A stretch of DNA of 47,190 nt from Gemmatimonadales bacterium (GTDB lineage: Bacteria; Gemmatimonadota; Gemmatimonadetes; Gemmatimonadales; GWC2-71-9). This document shows positions 36,690 to 47,190 of this stretch, in pieces. Under the pieces are notes generated by a model. The model was not told the DNA's origin. It searched no databases and was given only the letters and a program-made list of their open reading frames with translations. Numbering within the stretch: the stretch's first letter is position 1; each line of letters begins with the position of its first letter. The position numbers and the translations under genes were made by a program. The stretch is from NCBI GenBank assembly GCA_035262265.1, contig DATFTG010000006.1, positions 1-47,190 of the forward strand. Reading direction: 5' to 3'.

Positions 36690-37172
36690 CTAAAAGGCCA
36701 TCAACGGCAGGAAGGCGGCGACGTTGGTACAGTAGATCCGGTGCGCACCGGGGCACAGGGCGCAGCGGTTCGACATCTTGCGGCACCCGCTCTGCTGGCG
36801 CACGTGGTCGAGATACACCATGAAGGACGGGTACCTGGCGACGTCGGCACTGTCGGGGGTGAAACGGTCTTCGATCGCCCCTGACAGATCAGCACGGGCG
36901 ATGATGTCCGGCTTCTCCTGGGAAAGCCGGTCCTCGAGCACGGCGTACACATCGGTCCGCTTCTGAGCAGCCACCGCCTCGGTCGGCGCCAGACCGTACC
37001 ACACCTCGAGACCGTCGTGGTCCCGGCACGCCATCCCCTGAATCTTGTTGTGACTGTAGGCCCCGTCCTGGCACTTGGCGGTGGCACCGCCGGGGCCGAC
37101 TCCCTGGGCCACGAGCCCGGGAGCGAACGTCACAATCGCGCCGATGACGACGAAGCTGTTCACTCGCATCAC
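36690..37172 (-). CDS. Small secreted hypothetical protein with an N-terminal DUF3761-like Cys motif and a C-terminal 4-Cys region
   Basis: Signal peptide MMRVNSFVVIGAIVTFAPGLVAQG. KCQDGAYSHNKIQGMACRDHDGLEVWY resembles the C-x-DG-x-S...G-x-C-x-HGG-V-x-W motif. C-terminal CRKMSNRCALCPGAHRIYC. Coding status rests only on ORF length and the signal peptide. Confidence 0.55.
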   Translation of the reverse strand: MMRVNSFVVIGAIVTFAPGLVAQGVGPGGATAKCQDGAYSHNKIQGMACRDHDGLEVWYGLAPTEAVAAQKRTDVYAVLEDRLSQEKPDIIARADLSGAIEDRFTPDSADVARYPSFMVYLDHVRQQSGCRKMSNRCALCPGAHRIYCTNVAAFLPLMAF

Positions 37173-37229
37173 CTGTTCTCCCCTGTGCGTCTATGGCCGT
37201 TCACCGTTTGCCGACTTCCAGCCTCACAG

Positions 37230-37302
37230 TGGGCCCTCCAGGATTTGAACCTGGGACCGACGGATTATGAGTCCGCTGCTCTAACCGCTGAGCTAAGGGC
37301 CC
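37230..37302 (-). tRNA. tRNA with CAT anticodon, elongator tRNA-Met type (or tRNA-Ile2 if lysidine-modified), 73 nt, CCA not encoded
   Basis: GGGCCCT/AGGGCCC acceptor with G1-C72 paired (not initiator-like), GCTC/GAGC D stem, GCGGA-CTCATAA-TCCGT anticodon arm, CCAGG-TTCAAAT-CCTGG T arm. Confidence 0.9.
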
Positions 37303-37333
37303 GGGATGAGGGGGAAGTTAATACGCAGGGTGA

Positions 37334-37397
37334 GAAATGCTGAATGAAGAATGCGGCTGCAGAAATTCAATATTCTACATTCATCATTTGCATTCAT
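37334..37397. repeat. Low-GC inverted heptamer array, element B
   Basis: GAAATGC TGAATGA AGAATGC ... TACATTC ATCATTT GCATTCA. GAATGAAGAATG (37342-37353) pairs 10/12 with CATTCATCATTT (37378-37389). It overlaps the heptose-kinase stop codon (37394-37396) and lies 31 nt from tRNA-Met. Confidence 0.65.
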
Positions 37398-38413
37398 AGC
37401 AATCCTCCCCTCCGCAATCTCCCCAATTGATCCTGTTGGAGGTCGAACGCGGCCAGCAGCTCCTCTGGTGCGACGGTGGCGACGCCGGCCTTGGCGACCT
37501 CCACGCCAGCGGCGTAGGCCGCGACCTGTGCCGCTTCGCGCGCGCTGGCACCAGCCGCAAGCGCCGTCCCCACCCATGCCGTCACCGTGTCGCCCGCGCC
37601 CGACACATCGTACACCTCGCGCGCGACCGTCGGGATACGCGTCAGGGCTTGATCCTTCGTCACGAGCACCATCCCCTCGGCGCCGAGCGTGAGCAGCAGG
37701 TTGTCGACGCCGAGCTGGTCGAGTGCGGCGGGCAGGGCATCGGGGTGGGCGAGGTCGAGCGTCGCCCCCATCGCCTGTTCCAGCTCGCGCCGGTTGGGCT
37801 TGAAGACCGTCGCTCCCTTGTACGAGAAGAAGTGACGAAATTTCGGATCGACGACGACCGGAACACCGCGGCGGCGAGCCGCCGCCATGCTGCGGGCGAT
37901 CACCGCTTCCGTGAGCGCGCCTTTGTTGTAGTCCTCCACGAGCAGCGCGTCGGCATCGGCGATCGCACGGTCGAGTGACGCGCCGAGCTGCTCCGCGGTG
38001 CGGTCGGGGACGGGGTCGTCGACCTCTTCGTCGATCCGCACGATCTGCTGGCCGCGTGCGACGACGCGCGTCTTCGACGTCGTGGGCCGGTCGGGGACGA
38101 CGACGAGCCAGTCGTCGCGCAGCCGGTGTTGCGCCAGCTCGCCGCGCACCGAGTCGCCCCGCGCATCGTCGCCGATCACCGTCACGAGCCGCCCTTCGGC
38201 GCCGATCGCCGCGACATTGGCCGCGACGTTCGCCGCGCCGCCGAGCGCGATGCGGCGCTGCTGCACCGCGACCACCGGGACCGGCGCCTCCGGAGAAATT
38301 CGCTCCGCCTCGCCCGCCAGGTAGATGTCGAGCATCGCGTCGCCCAGCACGACGACGCGTTGCGCGGCCATTTTGCGGACGAGCGCCTGGAGACGATCGC
38401 GAGTGAGGTCCAT
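37394..38413 (-). CDS. hldA: D-glycero-beta-D-manno-heptose-7-phosphate kinase (RfaE domain I / HldA-like PfkB kinase)
   Basis: VVVLGDAMLDIYLAGEAERISPEAPVPVV....LGGAANVAANVAAIG is the RfaE domain I signature. C-terminal DVSGAGDTV PfkB motif. No adenylyltransferase domain. An internal ATG (MAAQR, 38371) is an alternative start. Confidence 0.85.
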   Translation of the reverse strand: MDLTRDRLQALVRKMAAQRVVVLGDAMLDIYLAGEAERISPEAPVPVVAVQQRRIALGGAANVAANVAAIGAEGRLVTVIGDDARGDSVRGELAQHRLRDDWLVVVPDRPTTSKTRVVARGQQIVRIDEEVDDPVPDRTAEQLGASLDRAIADADALLVEDYNKGALTEAVIARSMAAARRRGVPVVVDPKFRHFFSYKGATVFKPNRRELEQAMGATLDLAHPDALPAALDQLGVDNLLLTLGAEGMVLVTKDQALTRIPTVAREVYDVSGAGDTVTAWVGTALAAGASAREAAQVAAYAAGVEVAKAGVATVAPEELLAAFDLQQDQLGRLRRGGLL

Positions 38414-38456
38414 GGGAGGGGTAACTTATCCCAAAACAGTTATCATTTCCGCTCCC

Positions 38457-39416
38457 TTGGATACCAGCCTCCGCATCGAGCAACGCCGCGGCGATCGTAC
38501 CGAAACGGTGCATCGCGTGCACGTGGCGGTCGTCGACGCCCAGGGCGCGCTGGTCGCGCGCGCCGGCGATCCCGACCTCGTGACCTTCTGGCGCTCGGCC
38601 GCGAAGCCGTTTCAGGCGTTGCCGATCGTACTCGACGGAGCGGCTCAGGAGTTCCAGCTCGACGCCCGGCATCTCGCGATCGCCTGCGCGTCCCATTCGA
38701 GCGAGCCGGCCCAGGTCGAGCTGGTACGGGAGTTCCTGGCCCGGATCGGTGCGCAGGAATCAGATCTGCAGTGCGGTCCTCATACACCGCTCTCGGATGC
38801 CGTCGCCCGGAACTATCGCGCCCGCAGCGTGGAGCTCACCGCCATCCACTCCAACTGTTCCGGAAAACACACCGGGATGTTGGCGCTCGCGCGCCATCAC
38901 GGCTGGCAGATCGCCGACTACCACCGGCTCCAGCATCCCGTCCAGCAACGCTGCCTGCGTGAGGTGTGCCGCTGGACCGATATGAATGAGGCCGCGATCG
39001 GGACTGCGGTCGACGGATGCGGCGTGGTGTGCTACGCGCTGCCGGTGCGGAAGATGGCGCTCGCGTACGCGAGGCTGGCCTCCGCGAAGGTGATTCCTCA
39101 GGCGATACTGCAGCACCCCGAGCTGATCGCCGGCGAAGGCCGCCCGTGTACCGACATGATGCGGGCGTTCCCCGACCGCCTGATCGCCAAGGTCGGAGCC
39201 GAGGGCGTATACAGCGGCCTGATCCTCCCGGAGCGGCTCGGCGTGTCCCTTAAAGTAGAAGACGGCCACGGACTCGCCGCCGCGTTGGCGATGGCGAGCA
39301 TCCTCGGCCAGCTGGGCCTCACCCCGCAACCCGACTCCCTCCACGCCCGCACCAACTACAACACGCGGGGCGAGGTGGTCGGCGAGCTGCGCGTTTTTGG
39401 CGCCCTGGAGCGATAG
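38457..39416 (+). CDS. Asparaginase II family (Rhizobium-type L-asparaginase) protein
   Basis: LRIEQRRGDRTETVHRVHVAVVDAQG, FWRSAAKPFQALP, ASHSSE, SNCSGKHTGML, DGCGV and AKVGAEGV motifs. Start placed at TTG 38457 by alignment logic. The track frame starts earlier, but ATG 38412 would share CATG with the divergent kinase start and would translate an AT-rich promoter-like stretch. Confidence 0.8.
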   Translation: MDTSLRIEQRRGDRTETVHRVHVAVVDAQGALVARAGDPDLVTFWRSAAKPFQALPIVLDGAAQEFQLDARHLAIACASHSSEPAQVELVREFLARIGAQESDLQCGPHTPLSDAVARNYRARSVELTAIHSNCSGKHTGMLALARHHGWQIADYHRLQHPVQQRCLREVCRWTDMNEAAIGTAVDGCGVVCYALPVRKMALAYARLASAKVIPQAILQHPELIAGEGRPCTDMMRAFPDRLIAKVGAEGVYSGLILPERLGVSLKVEDGHGLAAALAMASILGQLGLTPQPDSLHARTNYNTRGEVVGELRVFGALER

Positions 39417-39420
39417 AACG

Positions 39421-40077
39421 ATGACGGTCGATCGACCCGCATCTCCTACCTTGTCGCCCACGCTGGATCCCCACACCCTGGCGCTGGTGCGCGTCGCTAT
39501 GGCGATCGCTCGCGGCGACGAGCGGGCGCTGCGCGACCGTATGCAGGCCGCCCGCGGGGCGGGAGTGAAGCAGCTCTGGATGGAAGAGCTGGTGCTCCAG
39601 AGCCTCCTCAACGTGGGGTATCCCCTGGCGCTGGCGGCGTTCGGCGTCTGGCACGACGTCGTGGGCGACGAGCCTTGCGATGGCGGAGAATCGCTGCTGC
39701 ATGGCGAGCACGGCCGCTGGGCGAAACGGGGCGAGGAAAAGTGCGCCGAGGTGTACGGGCGCACGTATCACAAACTGCTGGTCAATCTGCGGACGCTGCA
39801 CCCCGCGCTCGAGGCATTGGTGGTGGTCGATGCTTACGGCAAGCTGCTCGGCCGTCCCGGGCTCGACTCGGCGCGCCGCGAGATCTGCACCCTCGCGGCG
39901 ATCACGATGCTCAACGCGCCGCGGCAGCTGCACGCGCACCTGCGCGGGGCGCTGAATCTCGGATGGAAGAAGGAAGACGTGGACGCGGTGCTCGTGCTCG
40001 CGGAGAAAGAAGTAGGGCCTCAACAGGCGCTAAAGCTGTGGGAACTCTGGGCTGATGTTCGCGAACGGAAACTGTGA
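39421..40077 (+). CDS. Carboxymuconolactone decarboxylase (CMD/AhpD-like) family protein
   Basis: Start at ATG 39421, 5 nt after the asparaginase stop. The C-terminal segment REICTLAAITMLNAPRQLHAHLRGALNLGWKKEDVDAVLVLA resembles a CMD-domain helix pair. Confidence 0.65.
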   Translation: MTVDRPASPTLSPTLDPHTLALVRVAMAIARGDERALRDRMQAARGAGVKQLWMEELVLQSLLNVGYPLALAAFGVWHDVVGDEPCDGGESLLHGEHGRWAKRGEEKCAEVYGRTYHKLLVNLRTLHPALEALVVVDAYGKLLGRPGLDSARREICTLAAITMLNAPRQLHAHLRGALNLGWKKEDVDAVLVLAEKEVGPQQALKLWELWADVRERKL

Positions 40078-40081
40078 TTGA

Positions 40082-42150
<2,069 letters not shown>

Positions 42151-42162
<12 letters not shown>

Positions 42163-42247
42163 CGAATGTCCACTGTCCAATGTAGAATGTAGAAATGGTG
42201 AATTGATCATTTCGACATTCGTTCTTGGACATTCGACATTTGTCTTT
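42151..42247. repeat. Low-GC inverted heptamer array, element C (long imperfect hairpin)
   Basis: Outer arms AAAGACAAATGACGAATGTCCA (42151-42172) and TGGACATTCGACATTTGTCTTT (42226-42247) are 21/22 complementary. Inner arms GAATGTAGAAATG (42185-42197) and CATTTCGACATTC (42208-42220) are 12/13 complementary. It covers the dprA stop (42160-42162) and both candidate hemW TTG starts (42225, 42240). Confidence 0.8.
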
Positions 42248-43355
42248 TCAGCACCTATACATCCACGTTCCGTTCTGCACGCGCCGCTGCTCGTATTGCG
42301 ACTTCTCGATCGCGGTCCGCAGGCAGGTCCCGGCCGACGATTTCGTCGCGAGCATCACCGCTGAGCTGAAGCACGTCGAGCCGCTCGGGTCGCTCGAAAC
42401 GGTGTACTTCGGCGGCGGCACTCCGTCGCTGCTTCCTCCTGAATCGATTCGTACGATTCTTCTTGACGTCGTTCACTTGACGCCTTCTCTCGACGGTGTT
42501 GAAGTCACCCTCGAAGCCAACCCCGAAAACGTCACTCCCGTCGCCGCCCGAGGCTGGCGCTCCGCCGGTGTCAACCGCGTGTCGCTGGGCGCGCAATCGT
42601 TCGACGATCGCGTGCTGGAGTGGATGCACCGCACGCACGACGCGGCGCAAATCGGGCGGGCCGTCGCGATGGTGCGCGAGGCGGGGATTCACGACATTTC
42701 CCTCGATCTCATCTTCGCCCTGCCGGAGTCACTGGAACGCGATTGGGACCGGGATCTCGACCAGGCGATGGCGCTCGCCCCGTCGCATCTCTCGCTCTAT
42801 GGTCTTACGGTGGAGCCGCGCACGCCGCTCGATCGCTGGATCTCGCGCGGCGCCATCCAGGTGCCGAGCGACGACCGCTACGCCGACGAATACCTGCGCG
42901 CTCACGAGCGGCTCAGTGCGGCCGGGTTCGAGTTCTACGAGGTCTCGAATGCCGCCAGTGGGAGACGGCGCTCGCGCCACAACAGCGCCTACTGGTCCGG
43001 CCGTCCCTACCTTGGCGTCGGCCCGGCGGCGCATTCGTTCGACGGTCGCGCGCGGCGCTGGAACTACGCGGCGTGGGAAGCGTACCGGAGTGCGATTGCC
43101 GCGGGCGACTCGGCGGTCGATTCGCGAGAGGAGCTCTCGGACGAACAGCGCGAGCTCGAACGCATCTATCTCGGACTGCGCACGGTCGAAGGAGTGACGT
43201 CGACCGCCTTCTCCCGCCCGCTCCCGCCATTGTCCCGCTTCGTCGAGCAAGGATGGCTGCTCACCGACGGCTCCCGCCTCCGCTGCACCCCGGCCGGCTG
43301 GCTGCGCCTCGACAGTCTCGTCTCCGCCTTGACCGGGAACCTTACGACTTCGTAA
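42225..43355 (+). CDS. hemW: Radical SAM family haem chaperone HemW (HemN-like, oxygen-independent coproporphyrinogen oxidase-like)
   Basis: LYIHVPFCTRRCSYCDF radical SAM CxxxCxxC motif, YFGGGTPSLL, NRVSLGAQSF. Start at TTG 42225 or TTG 42240, both without an SD and both inside repeat element C. Confidence 0.85.
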   Translation: MDIRHLSFQHLYIHVPFCTRRCSYCDFSIAVRRQVPADDFVASITAELKHVEPLGSLETVYFGGGTPSLLPPESIRTILLDVVHLTPSLDGVEVTLEANPENVTPVAARGWRSAGVNRVSLGAQSFDDRVLEWMHRTHDAAQIGRAVAMVREAGIHDISLDLIFALPESLERDWDRDLDQAMALAPSHLSLYGLTVEPRTPLDRWISRGAIQVPSDDRYADEYLRAHERLSAAGFEFYEVSNAASGRRRSRHNSAYWSGRPYLGVGPAAHSFDGRARRWNYAAWEAYRSAIAAGDSAVDSREELSDEQRELERIYLGLRTVEGVTSTAFSRPLPPLSRFVEQGWLLTDGSRLRCTPAGWLRLDSLVSALTGNLTTS

Positions 43356-43383
43356 TTTGTTTTGGCGAAAGGGGTTGGAGCAT

Positions 43384-44433
43384 TTGACGACACTGCTGAC
43401 CGAGCGCGAGCGCGCTGTGCTGGGCGCCGTGATCGAGACATACGTACAGACCGCCGAACCCGCAGCGAGCCGTACTATCGCCAAGCGTTTCGGCCTGGGA
43501 CTCTCTCCCGCCACGATCCGCAACACGATGAGCGATCTGGAGGAGAAGGGGTTCCTCTTCCACACACACACCTCGGCCGGGCGCATTCCGACCGACCGCG
43601 CCTACCGGCTCTACGTGGACGCGTTGATGCGGCCGTCGTCGCTGACGATCGACGAGCGGCACCAGCTGCACGAGGAGCTGGCGGCATCGCGCACCAATGC
43701 GCTCGATCAGATCCTCGGGCGTGCGGCACAGGTGCTCGGCGTGCTGACGCAGGAGCTGGGGATGGCGGTGGGCCCGTCGCTCGATGACGCCCTCTTGGAG
43801 CGGCTCGAGCTGGTCACGGTGTCGAGCGAGCGGTTGCTGCTGGTGCTGACGCTGAAGAGCGGCGCGGTGCGAACCATTTTCGTCGAGGTGCCGTCGCACA
43901 TGGCGGCCGAGGCGGTGGTGCAGGTCGCCGTCGTCCTCAACGAGCGGTTGGCCGGGCTCACGCTGCGGGAGATCCGCGCGTCGCTGTCCGAGAGGCTGCG
44001 CGACGCCGCCGCCACGCCGCACTCGAGCGAGCTGCTCAACATCTTCATTCAGGAAGCCGATGAGCTGTTCGATGTCCCCGCCGCCGATGCCGGACCGTTC
44101 CCCGGCGGGGTGGTGTTGTCGTCGGCCCAGCTGCTCGCGGGACAGCCGGAATTCGCGACCGCGGAACGGCTCCAGGGCCTGCTCGAGGTCACGGAGCGGC
44201 GCGATCGGCTGCGCGAGGCGTTGGCGCAGCGCACGGCCCCCGGTTTGACCATCACCATCGGCAGCGAGCATCTGGATCCGAAGCTCGCCGCCTTTACGCT
44301 CGTGACGTCGCCCTACCGGTCCGGTCCGCTCTCCGGCGTGATCGGCGTATTGGGTCCGACGCGCATGCCCTATGACAAAGTCGTGGCGCTCGTCGAACAC
44401 ACGAGCCGCCTCGTGCAGGAGCTGCTGCAATGA
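43384..44433 (+). CDS. hrcA: Heat-inducible transcription repressor HrcA
   Basis: [75 protein letters not shown] is a canonical HrcA N-terminus. Start placed at TTG 43384; the track start TTG 43357 is possible. Confidence 0.9.
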   Translation: MTTLLTERERAVLGAVIETYVQTAEPAASRTIAKRFGLGLSPATIRNTMSDLEEKGFLFHTHTSAGRIPTDRAYRLYVDALMRPSSLTIDERHQLHEELAASRTNALDQILGRAAQVLGVLTQELGMAVGPSLDDALLERLELVTVSSERLLLVLTLKSGAVRTIFVEVPSHMAAEAVVQVAVVLNERLAGLTLREIRASLSERLRDAAATPHSSELLNIFIQEADELFDVPAADAGPFPGGVVLSSAQLLAGQPEFATAERLQGLLEVTERRDRLREALAQRTAPGLTITIGSEHLDPKLAAFTLVTSPYRSGPLSGVIGVLGPTRMPYDKVVALVEHTSRLVQELLQ

Positions 44434-45578
44434 GCAGAGACTACTACGAGGTCCTGGGCGTGCCCCGGGACGCATCCGAAGCGGCCATCAAGAAAGCGTA
44501 TCGCAAGCTCGCCATGGAATCGCACCCCGATCGCAACAAGGAGTCGGGGGCGGAAGAGCGCTTCAAGGAGATCGCGGAAGCGTACGAGGTCCTGCACGAT
44601 CCCGAGCAGCGCGTGGCGTACGATCGCTACGGAGAGGCGGGACTGCGCGGTGCCGGCGCCGCGGCGGGCGGCTTCACGCACTTCGATCTCTCGGAAGCTC
44701 TCAACGTCTTCATGCGCGACTTCGGCGGGTTGGGCGGCTTCGACGCGTTCTTCGGCGGCGGCGAGCGCACGCGGCGTGACCGTCGTCGCGGCGCCGATCT
44801 CAAGGTCTCCCTGCGGCTGACGCTGGCCGAGGTCGCCACCGGCACCACCAAGGCGGTCAAGCTCAAGACGCTCGACACGTGCGACGTCTGTAAGGGGTCG
44901 GGCGGCAGAGCGGGGACCAGGGCGACGCAGTGCCACACCTGCGCCGGCACCGGTGAAGTGCGGCGCGCGGCGCAATCGATGTTCGGGCAGTTCGTTTCCG
45001 TCTCGCCCTGCCCGACGTGCGGCGGTGAAGGGACCGTGATCAAGGATCCGTGTCCGGCGTGCCGCGGGGACGGCCGGGTCAAGGCCGAAAAGACCGTCCA
45101 GCTCGACGTGCCGGCCGGCGTCGCCGACCACCACTACCTCACGGTGCGAGGGCAGGGGGTTCCCGGCCTGCGCAACGGTCCGCCCGGCGATCTGATCGCG
45201 GTGCTAGAGATCGTCGAGGACCCGCGCTTCGAGCGCCACGGCGATGATCTCGTGTACGACCTGCCGGTGTCCTTCAGCCAGGCGGCGCTGGGAGCCGAGG
45301 TGGAGATTCCCACTCCGTACGGCAGCGCGCCGCTCAAGGTGCAGCCCGGGACGCAGACCGGCACGATGTACCGGCTCCGCAGCAAGGGACTGCCGCGCCT
45401 TGGCGAATCGGGGCACGGCGATCTGCACGTGCGTATTCAGGTGTGGACGCCGACGCGGCTCACGCCGGAGCAGGAGGAGAAGTTCCGCGAGCTGCAGCAG
45501 ATTGAAGGCGCGCCGCCTGCCGCCGAAACCGTCGGCCGCGGCTTCTGGAACAAGATTCGCGAGGCCTTCGGAGCGTAG
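44430..45578 (+). CDS. dnaJ: Molecular chaperone DnaJ
   Basis: J domain DYYEVLGV...HPD. Gly-rich linker. Four CxxCxGxG zinc-finger motifs ([32 protein letters not shown]). ATGA overlap with hrcA. Confidence 0.95.
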   Translation: MSRDYYEVLGVPRDASEAAIKKAYRKLAMESHPDRNKESGAEERFKEIAEAYEVLHDPEQRVAYDRYGEAGLRGAGAAAGGFTHFDLSEALNVFMRDFGGLGGFDAFFGGGERTRRDRRRGADLKVSLRLTLAEVATGTTKAVKLKTLDTCDVCKGSGGRAGTRATQCHTCAGTGEVRRAAQSMFGQFVSVSPCPTCGGEGTVIKDPCPACRGDGRVKAEKTVQLDVPAGVADHHYLTVRGQGVPGLRNGPPGDLIAVLEIVEDPRFERHGDDLVYDLPVSFSQAALGAEVEIPTPYGSAPLKVQPGTQTGTMYRLRSKGLPRLGESGHGDLHVRIQVWTPTRLTPEQEEKFRELQQIEGAPPAAETVGRGFWNKIREAFGA

Positions 45579-45919
45579 TGGCCGCCGACTGCATCTTTTG
45601 CAAGATCGTCGCCGGCGAGATTCCGGCGACGCTCGTCAGGCGGACCGACCGCCTGGTGGCGTTCCGCGACGTCAGCCCGCAGGCTCCCGTGCATGTGCTG
45701 GTGATCCCCACCGAGCACCTCGCCTCGCTCGCCGATGTGCAGGACGGCCGGCTGCTCGGGGAGATGCTGCTGCTCGCTCGCGACATCGCGCGCGACGAGA
45801 AGATTGCCGATGACGGATATCGGGTCGTGCTCAACACCAACCGCGACGGCGGGCAAACGGTGTTTCATCTCCACCTGCACCTGCTCGGCGGGCGGCGCTT
45901 GACCTGGCCTCCGGGGTGA
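45578..45919 (+). CDS. Histidine triad (HIT) family protein
   Basis: CIFCKI N-terminus and the HLHLHLLGG histidine triad. The GTG start overlaps the dnaJ TAG by 1 nt. Confidence 0.9.
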   Translation: MAADCIFCKIVAGEIPATLVRRTDRLVAFRDVSPQAPVHVLVIPTEHLASLADVQDGRLLGEMLLLARDIARDEKIADDGYRVVLNTNRDGGQTVFHLHLHLLGGRRLTWPPG

Positions 45920-45962
45920 GGCTAACTTCCTGAGTCTCTCACATTTAGGACCAGGAACCGCG

Positions 45963-46151
45963 ATGCCGGAAGTCATCATCCACGACGACGAGAGCTTCGA
46001 ACGCGCCTTGAAGCGCTTCAAGAAGAAGTGCGAAAAGGCGGGGATCCTTTCGGATCTGCGTAAGCACCGTCATTACGAAAAACCCAGCGAACGCCGGAAG
46101 CGGAAAATGAACGCGGCACGCCGCAAGAGCCGGCGGCCCCGCTCCTTCTAG
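45963..46151 (+). CDS. rpsU: 30S ribosomal protein S21
   Basis: 62 aa, very basic. [39 protein letters not shown] is a typical S21 sequence. Confidence 0.95.
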   Translation: MPEVIIHDDESFERALKRFKKKCEKAGILSDLRKHRHYEKPSERRKRKMNAARRKSRRPRSF

Positions 46152-46152
46152 A

Positions 46153-46596
46153 ATGCCCAGCCTCGTCGAGCGGCTCCAGGTGGCCCTCAACGAGGCCCGG
46201 AAGGCCCGCGATCAACAGCGCACGCTCCTGTTTTCGACGATTCTCGCCGACCTCAAAAACCGCGAATTCGAAGTGCACCATCCGCTGACCGACGAGGACG
46301 CGGTGGATGTCGTGCGCCGGGGCATCAAGAAACGGCGCGAGGCAGCCGAACAGTTCACGAAGGTCGGCCGGCAGGACCGCGCGGACGCCGAGCAGCGGGA
46401 AGTCGCGCTGCTCGAGGCGTACCTCCCCGCGCAGGTGCTGCCCGACGAGATCCGGACGGCGGTCCGCGCAGCGATCGCCGCGGGCGCGAGCGACCTCGGA
46501 AAGGTCATGGGCCAGGTGATGCCACAATTCAAAGGACGCGCCGACGGGAAAGTGATCAACCAGATCGTGCGCGAGGAGCTGTCGGCGCGCGTATGA
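46153..46596 (+). CDS. yqeY: GatB/YqeY domain-containing protein
   Basis: 147 aa. The pattern L...L..A.KARD......L..I.A..KN.E......L.D.....V....KKR.E....F...GR...A..E..E...L..YLP, together with its position directly after rpsU, is typical. Confidence 0.85.
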   Translation: MPSLVERLQVALNEARKARDQQRTLLFSTILADLKNREFEVHHPLTDEDAVDVVRRGIKKRREAAEQFTKVGRQDRADAEQREVALLEAYLPAQVLPDEIRTAVRAAIAAGASDLGKVMGQVMPQFKGRADGKVINQIVREELSARV

Positions 46597-47190
46597 GCGC
46601 GGGAGGCGGGTTCCCCCCTGCCGTCCTGGAGACGCTGGAGTTTCCTGCCGCGCTCGAGCGCGTCGCGGCGTTCGCCGCCGGCCCGCTTGGCGCCGCGCGC
46701 GTACAGGACCGCCGTCCGGTCACCGATCCTCCACTGGTCCGTGACGCCCTGGCGCTGGTGGCCGAGCTCGCCGCACTGCTCATTACCGACGATTCTCTCC
46801 GCGCCGAGCCTGTGCCCGATATCGGCGAGACGCTCGCGCTGCTCGGCGTTCCCGGAAGCGCCCTCGAAAGCTCGGCACTCGCCGAGCTCGGAACGGCGCT
46901 GGTTGCCGCCCGCGTCGTGGGGACGCTGCTCGGCCGGTTGGAGCGCGATGCGCCTCGCACTGCCGCGCTGCAGACGCCGCTCCCACCCAGGCAGCTCGAG
47001 ACTCGTCTCGCAAGCTCGGTCGCTCCGGATGGCGAAGTGCTCGATGGGGCCTCGAAGGATCTGGCGCGTGCCCGGAGAGCGGTGCGGGACGTCCGCTCGA
47101 AGCTCGTCGCACGACTCGAGCGGTTGCTGCAGGGCCTGGACCCGCAGGACCGCGCACCGGATGCGGCCGTGACGCTGCGTGCCGGCCGCT
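46593..47190 (+). CDS. mutS2: Endonuclease MutS2, N-terminal 199 codons; 3' end beyond the right window edge
   Basis: Absent from the ORF track (no stop in the window). Hand translation from ATG 46593 (ATGA overlap with the yqeY stop) gives MSAGGGFPPAVLETLEFPAALERVAAFAAGPLGAARVQDRRPVTDPPLVRDALALVAELAALL...DGEVLDGASKDLARARRAVRDVRSKL...VTLRAGR, open to the edge. The layout (LEF..., L.ET.E, I.DGAS..L..IR, VT.R.GR) matches MutS2 N-termini. Confidence 0.75.
   Translation, partial: MSAGGGFPPAVLETLEFPAALERVAAFAAGPLGAARVQDRRPVTDPPLVRDALALVAELAALLITDDSLRAEPVPDIGETLALLGVPGSALESSALAELGTALVAARVVGTLLGRLERDAPRTAALQTPLPPRQLETRLASSVAPDGEVLDGASKDLARARRAVRDVRSKLVARLERLLQGLDPQDRAPDAAVTLRAGR

Noticed and set aside
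36426-37393. Integrated mobile element or prophage remnant at the tRNA pair
   Set aside because: There is no integrase, transposase, recombinase or tRNA-derived direct repeat in the window. Only short octamer and heptamer repeats are present.
38412-38414. ATG 38412 as the asparaginase II start, sharing CATG with the divergent heptose-kinase ATG
   Set aside because: It would leave no intergenic space for either promoter and would translate an AT-rich promoter-like stretch (38420-38452). Comparison with asparaginase II N-termini as I recall them favours TTG 38457.
43300-43384. CIRCE operator upstream of hrcA
   Set aside because: No TTAGCACTC/GAGTGCTAA half-sites are visible here or elsewhere in the window.

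Overview
High-GC bacterial chromosome segment (roughly two-thirds G+C by eye, not computed) with very dense coding and many 1-8 nt start/stop overlaps. Positions 1-36425 form one large composite envelope/exopolysaccharide locus. It holds two initiating phosphoglycosyl transferases, five GT4-type glycosyltransferases and a Wzx-like flippase. It also holds a Wzy/O-antigen-ligase-like membrane protein and two export modules: a Wzz-BY-kinase fusion with a small Wza-like protein, and a kinase-less Wzz with a 740-aa multi-SLBB Wza-like protein. Precursor genes include an embedded glmS and a split WlbA/B/C/D-like (WbpB/D/E/I-like) 2,3-diamino-sugar cassette. Other members are two full-length AsnB-type amidotransferases, a methyltransferase, a short sugar-type formyltransferase coupled to a CE4 deacetylase, a sigma-54-dependent response regulator, and three predicted extracytoplasmic tailoring proteins (Ig-like/Asp-box propeller, N,N-dimethylformamidase-beta-like, D-glucuronyl C5-epimerase-like). 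Several members resemble families I remember from PEP-CTERM/exosortase-type EPS loci, but no exosortase or PEP-CTERM protein is visible here. The locus ends at tRNA-Val, a small secreted Cys-rich ORF and tRNA-Met. Housekeeping genes follow: heptose kinase, asparaginase II, CMD-family protein, obg, dprA, hemW, hrcA, dnaJ, HIT, rpsU, yqeY and partial mutS2. Two edge-truncated genes absent from the ORF track were recovered by hand (1-555 minus, 46593-47190 plus). Two structures are not explained by genes. One is a family of three low-GC inverted arrays of GAATG-type heptamers, two of which abut or cover start codons. The other is tandem T(A/G)GACGC(A/G) octamer arrays. The long ORFs antisense to real genes are judged high-GC artefacts. 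All family assignments come from motif recognition by eye and need profile searches.
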